Source: Macrostomum hystrix
Taxonomy: Eukaryota; Animalia; Platyhelminthes
Reading direction: 5' to 3'
Assembly: GCA_950097015.1 (NCBI GenBank)
Contig: CATNEN010000024.1
Coordinates: 2,170,001-2,234,000 of the forward strand
DNA: 64,000 nt
A model generated the notes under the pieces. It saw nothing but the letters and a program-made list of their open reading frames with translations. It was not told where the DNA came from and did no database searches. Shown here piece after piece: positions 59,090 through 64,000 of this stretch. The position numbers and the translations under genes were made by a program. The first letter of the stretch is position 1; each line of letters begins with the position of its first letter.

Positions 59090-60339
59090 GTCGTTTTAGT
59101 GATGGAGCCAGATCTTTCTGAAATTTTATGGAGGCTGGAACTCTTTAATTAATCGTAATAAAGTATTTTTTTAATTTTAAAAGAGCAACTATATTCAATT
59201 GTTTACTAGTAGGTGACTGCAACTTGATATGCAACACGTAGAGTAACTAAAAAGACCGCAAGATCGAGCACTATTTGAAATGATGGCATGCATTTTGGAT
59301 TTTTAATTTATTTTTGACAGGAAGGTTATTTAGGAACAAATTTCAATTTGATGTAAATGTTAGTCATATTAATTCATACACATTTTGAATTTCTGCAAAA
59401 AGTCTTATCGATCCTTTTTACATGGATAATAATTTGGAATGAGCATTCTGCCGGCTTCAGAGATGAGATAGGAAAAGCTTTGCCAATTCTTCATTTGCGA
59501 TTTCATCTGTTTTCATGGCTGATGCCGAAGAAATCAATTAAATTGTTAAGCCCACGTTGATTAAAACTTGTTTTTAATTAGCTAAGGTGGGCGACTCGAA
59601 ATCACGCATTGATGTGTGGAGCATTTGATGCGGGTCATCTGAAATCGGTGACTAAATCTGCATCCAATCTTCATTGTTAGCTTCAATTAGCGTTTAGTCA
59701 AAGGGCTAGAGACAAGATGGCTGAGTTTTCTAGTAAAAACTCGACGTAATTAATCACCAATGCCCCGCGCGGGCTTTGTAATTAAAAAATATGATAAAAT
59801 TGCTGCTGTTGTCTTGAGAATTATAAAATCTTTCAGTTTCACTTATGCAAGGTTTCCTTCCTGCATTTCGGCTCGATTGCTCGGCTACTTAATAATTTCA
59901 CTAATGCAGTTCTCTTTAGAACCTTTTGTCCAGCTGCCTCAAGTCAGCCATTTCAGCCCCAAGAGAGCATTAGGAAATTCAATTTGAATCTGTCGCACCC
60001 GCACCTGAGCTGCTGGTCACATTTCTTCTGTTTTGAAACAGCCATCTCAATCCTGTCTAATGGTCGAATAACAAAGAGAAGCTTGAGCCACCTGATGCCA
60101 TGCTGGCCCTGATTTTACGTGGAATTAATTCAATGAATTGCGTCAAGCAGCCGGAACTAAGGACTGAAAATTGTTCACGATTTGCGCAAAACTGATCGAG
60201 TTTCCTTAAAGATTTGCGTCAACAATTTGGAGCAGTTAAAGTCGCTAAACTGAAAAAATAGTTCTCCAACATATCTTCATTTAGTATTTATATTCGCCAT
60301 CTACTCAGATCCGGATTTTATTCCAAAGACCAAAGATCC

Positions 60340-60735
60340 AGTCTCCCCTAATCGCAATGTCCAGTCTCTCCTAATCCTAATTTCCAGTCTCTCCTAATCC
60401 CAATGTCCAGTCTCCCCTAATCGCAATGTCCAGTCTCCACTAATCCCAATGTCCATGCAGTCTCTCCTAATATTAATTTCCAGTCTCTCCTAATCCCAAT
60501 GTCCAGTCTCTCCTAATCCTAATTTCCAGTCTCTTCTAATCCCAATGTCCAGTCTCTCCTAATCCCAATGTCCAGTCTCTTCTAATCCCAATGTCCAGTC
60601 TCTCCTAATCCCAATGTCCAGTCTCTCCTAATCCCAATGTCCAGTCTCTCCTAATCCCAATGTCCAGTCTCTCCTAATCCCAATGTCCAGTCTCTCCTAA
60701 TCCCAATGTCCAGTCTCTCCTAATCCCAATGTCAG
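60340..60735. repeat. 23-bp minisatellite (TCTCCTAATCCCAATGTCCAGTC)n
   Basis: Seen directly; ~17 units, more diverged at the left end. Confidence 0.95.
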
Positions 60736-60902
60736 TGTCTTCTGTTTGATGCCAACCCTAGTTCGAAGCCTCGTTGAAATCCTCTGTTTTTAAGGCGTCA
60801 CTCGACAGTTTTATCCGACTTATGTTGTGAGAAAAGTCACCTAAAAAGTGGAATTAATCATTGAACACGTCGCCCTGCCCAGCACATTAGTATTGTCTAG
60901 AG

Positions 60903-61623
60903 TTTAGCAATATTGGATTTCAACTTCTATTTCAAACTAAGTAACTTCTATTTCGCCCGCGGGGAGGGGGGTGCTCGTGTGTACCCGATTAGTAACTTCA
61001 ATTTCGTCCGCGAGACCCGGCCTGCCCAAGTTAGAGCAAATCAATTTCACAAAAGGTAACTTCTATTTCGTCTTGCATTTTTTTCAATTTGGCTTCAAAC
61101 ATTAATATAGGCCATGATGGGCCTGTACTTTCAGTATATATTTTTGACGTCTCAGTCAAGACACCAAGTGGGATACAAACAACAAAAAGAGCTCGTATTG
61201 TCGCTTGAATAAGATGGAGCTTCAAGAGTGGCCGGATGTGAAAGTGTCGGCGCTATCCAATTATCCAATTAGCTGAATTTATTGTGATTCTGTGCTATAG
61301 GGTCATAAATTCACAGGGCCATAAATCTCTCGACACTCGAACGAAAATTATTATAATTACATTGCGGCGGAGTCGGTGGCGGCGTCGGCGAAGATTAAAG
61401 GCAAGGACAAAGTCCGTATTTCACAGAGCGGACGCAAACACAAATCGCTGTGCTGAAGAGACGAAATAGATGTTACTTTTTGTGAAATTGGTTTACCCTA
61501 ACTTGGGCAGGCCGGTCTCCCGGGACGAAATTGAAGTTATACTAACGCCACCCGGAGAGCCGCCGGGCGAAATTGAAGTTACTTAGTTTGAAAAAGAAGT
61601 TGAATACCAATAGCTTTAGACTT
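60903..61623. mobile_element. MITE-like element with long (~170-bp) imperfect TIRs
   Basis: Left TTCAACTTCTATTTCAAACTAAGTAACTTCTATTTCGCCCG..CCGGCCTGCCCAAGTTAG..AATTTCACAAAAGGTAACTTCTATTTCGTCT mirrors right AGACGAAATAGATGTTACTTTTTGTGAAATT..CTAACTTGGGCAGGCCGG..CGAAATTGAAGTTACTTAGTTTGAAAAAGAAGTTGAA. Repeated GTAACTTC(T/A)ATTTCG motif; exact ends uncertain. Confidence 0.8.
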
Positions 61624-61776
61624 ACGCCATCTAGTTACAATGGATCTGTCATCTTTATTCTAACGTCAATCTGGGCCGTACAAAATAGGACAGTATGTCT
61701 AAAGCAAGATGTGATTTTGAAAATGAAAGCACAAGTTTTTTGCACCGTTTTAGCCAAGCTATCATTGTACAACTTT

Positions 61777-62406
61777 TTGCACTCAAATTCGTCATTTCTG
61801 CAATCAAGTTCAACAAAACTGCATTCAAATTCGGACAACCTCTATGGCTATACTTTTGTACTGCAAGCAAATTCGGCAGCAGAAGTATCAGAGAAGGAAT
61901 GAGAGCGCGATTGAGAGCGCGATCTCCGGCTGGAAGGCGGCAATCAAGCAGGAGATCGCTGCCAATGCGGATAGTTTCATCAACCCGACCGCAGAGGCCC
62001 GCGCCGCCAGAAGAACTCTCGCGAAATTTAGGTTTGACAAGCTGCGCCGATTCGCTGATAACACCGTTATGACCATTACACCATTGAATTCTTATCCAGT
62101 GCTGCCGATGAGGATGAATGGCATACTTCTGCTTGATTGCCGCCTTCCAGCCGGAGATCGCGCTCTCATTCCTTCTCTCATACTTCTGCTGCCGAATTTG
62201 CTTGCAGTTTGCCGAATTTGAATGCAGTTGGATCAGTATGATGGGCTTGTGCCATAGATATTTTTGTATCTGGTTGAGCTGGTGCCGAATTTAAATGCAG
62301 TTTGCCGAATTTGCTTGCAGTACAAAAGTATAGCCATAGAGGTTGTCCGAATTTGAATGCAGTTTTGTTGAACTTGATTGCAGAAATGACGAATTTGAGT
62401 GCAAAA
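61777..62406. repeat. Nested inverted duplication (foldback)
   Basis: 61777-61878 is the near-exact reverse complement of 62305-62406; 61863-61948 is inverted again at ~62128-62215. Confidence 0.9.
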
Positions 62407-63469
62407 AGGTGTAATATTGATATAACGGGTGTCCCAAAAAAGGGTAACACTTTGTGCGCTCACTGTGAGTGAGCAGTTAGGCCTATAGCCCAGTAATTTA
62501 ACAGGTCTACAGTAAACATGTAAGTTTTTCCCACAAAAATTTGGTTACGAAAAATTGCTCTAGAGGCGAGTTATTGAGCACAGAAGTGTACGCTAGCTTT
62601 TCTGCCAAGCTTTGCCTACACAGCTGCCATAGACAATATTTTGCTTAAAAATCTTAAGGAGCATAGACTCTGAGACGGTGTGTGGTGGAGCTTGTGTGGT
62701 GCGCGATGGCACACATACGAATCAAAGATCTTCCTCCAACCAAAATTATATGAATTTTACGATGCTAATCTAATATTTCTGTGCCTCCTGCTGCTGCAGA
62801 GCAACTTAGAGACTCATACTGGAGCTGCAATGCCGGCAAATCCATTAAAAACAGGAGAGCAAGCTTGAGCAGTGAAGTGGATTAAGTCTTTGAGTTTTAA
62901 GACCAGTTGGAAATTGCTGGGATTTGTGCGAGCTACCGACTATCAAAATGAGGATTAAGACAGTTAAGAATAATCCCCAGTCTCGAACCTAATTAGCAGA
63001 GAACAGTTCGAAAGGTGAGTTTTACGAATGGCAAAAAACTGATTTTCTAATTGTCAGAAAAATGCGTGCTACTTCTAACCTGTCACGTTTTCTAGAAATA
63101 AGCGGTGCCAAAGGTATTCTTGGCGTGAGTCAAGGCAGATGAGCATCACGCTTTGGGCGGTATGGCTCTAGCTGAGTATTTTCCAGGATAAATCATGACT
63201 GCTGGTCGTGACGTCAGCTCAGAGGAGTTCAGGTGTGGGTTGCTATGGGGAGTGAAATAGCGTAAACAATTTTTTTAACCATACATAGTGTTTTAACAGA
63301 CTCAAAGAATGCTTTTAATCGTACGGATTTTCGCAGAGCTGCAGACGAATTTAAATTTAGAATAGTGCTGATTTGTTGGACAAAACACCTAGTGCAGTTT
63401 TGGTCAAGACATTTTAATTCTGTTTTATAGATTGCTCATATATTTGTAGATGCAGCAGTTGAACGGATT

Positions 63470-63975
63470 TGGAATTGCTAATCTATTCCATGGGTCAACG
63501 AATAGAATGGATTGCTAATCTATCCCATGGGTCAACGAATAGAATGGATTGCTAATCTATCCCATGGGTCAACGAATAGAATGGATTGCTAATCTATCCC
63601 ATGGGTCAAGGAATGGAATGGATTGCTAATCTATCCCATGGGTCAAGGAATAGAATGGATTGCTAATCTATCTCATGGGTCAAAGAATAGAATGGATTGC
63701 TGATCTATCCCATGGGTCAAAGAATAGAATGGATTGCTAATCTATCCCATGGGTCAAGGAATGGAATGGATTGCTAATCTATCCCATGGGTCAAGGAATA
63801 GAATGGATTGCTAATCTATCCCATGGGTCAAGGAATGGAATGGATTGCTAATCTATCCCATGGGTCAAGGAATGGAATGGATTGCTAATCTATCTCATGG
63901 GTCAAGGAATAGAATGGATTGCTAATCTATCTCATAGGTCAAGGAATAGAATGGATTGCTAATCTATCCCATGGA
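63470..63975. repeat. 37-bp minisatellite (GAATAGAATGGATTGCTAATCTATCCCATGGGTCAA[C/G])n
   Basis: Seen directly; ~13 units with no spacers. Confidence 0.95.
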
Positions 63976-64000
63976 TGAAGTATGAAAGCATTTCCTAACT

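Noticed and set aside
56500-60300. Short AT-rich ORFs
   Set aside because: Composition-driven, with no recognisable motifs or consistent exon structure; treated as intergenic or intronic.
63470-63975. CRISPR-like 37-bp partly palindromic repeat
   Set aside because: Head-to-tail units with no unique spacers, no cas genes, eukaryotic context. The same applies to the 23-, 29-, 30- and 32-bp arrays.

Overview
Eukaryotic (invertebrate animal) genomic DNA with GT-AG introns. The style (GC-rich exons, short introns, many minisatellites, NIT-type guanylyl cyclase) suggests a lophotrochozoan such as a free-living flatworm; this is inference only. Nine host genes could be modelled by hand: the LBD exon of an HR96/NR1-type nuclear receptor, a 4-exon NIT-domain membrane guanylyl cyclase with a degenerate active site, a 17-exon Cad87A-like cadherin (~1961 aa, 14 EC repeats), intronless MTP, an orphan type-I membrane protein, MEA1-like, cornichon, a 12-exon mosaic protease-inhibitor/mucin/SEA membrane protein (~1143 aa), and TMCO1. 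Mobile DNA includes the 5' end of a Gypsy-type LTR element, RTE and RNase H LINE relics, two tRNA-SINE families, a hAT MITE nested in a 9-bp-TSD MITE, a Tc1-like relic, an internally deleted Helitron, an intron-containing Crypton pseudogene and foldback elements. There are about 10 tandem arrays, several with a 16-bp period. The best leads are the predicted pseudo-enzyme NIT-GC, the mosaic inhibitor-array receptor, a possible stop-readthrough Tyr-motif tail, and the LTR element whose gag ATG overlaps its PBS. No database searches were run; all family calls rest on remembered motifs.
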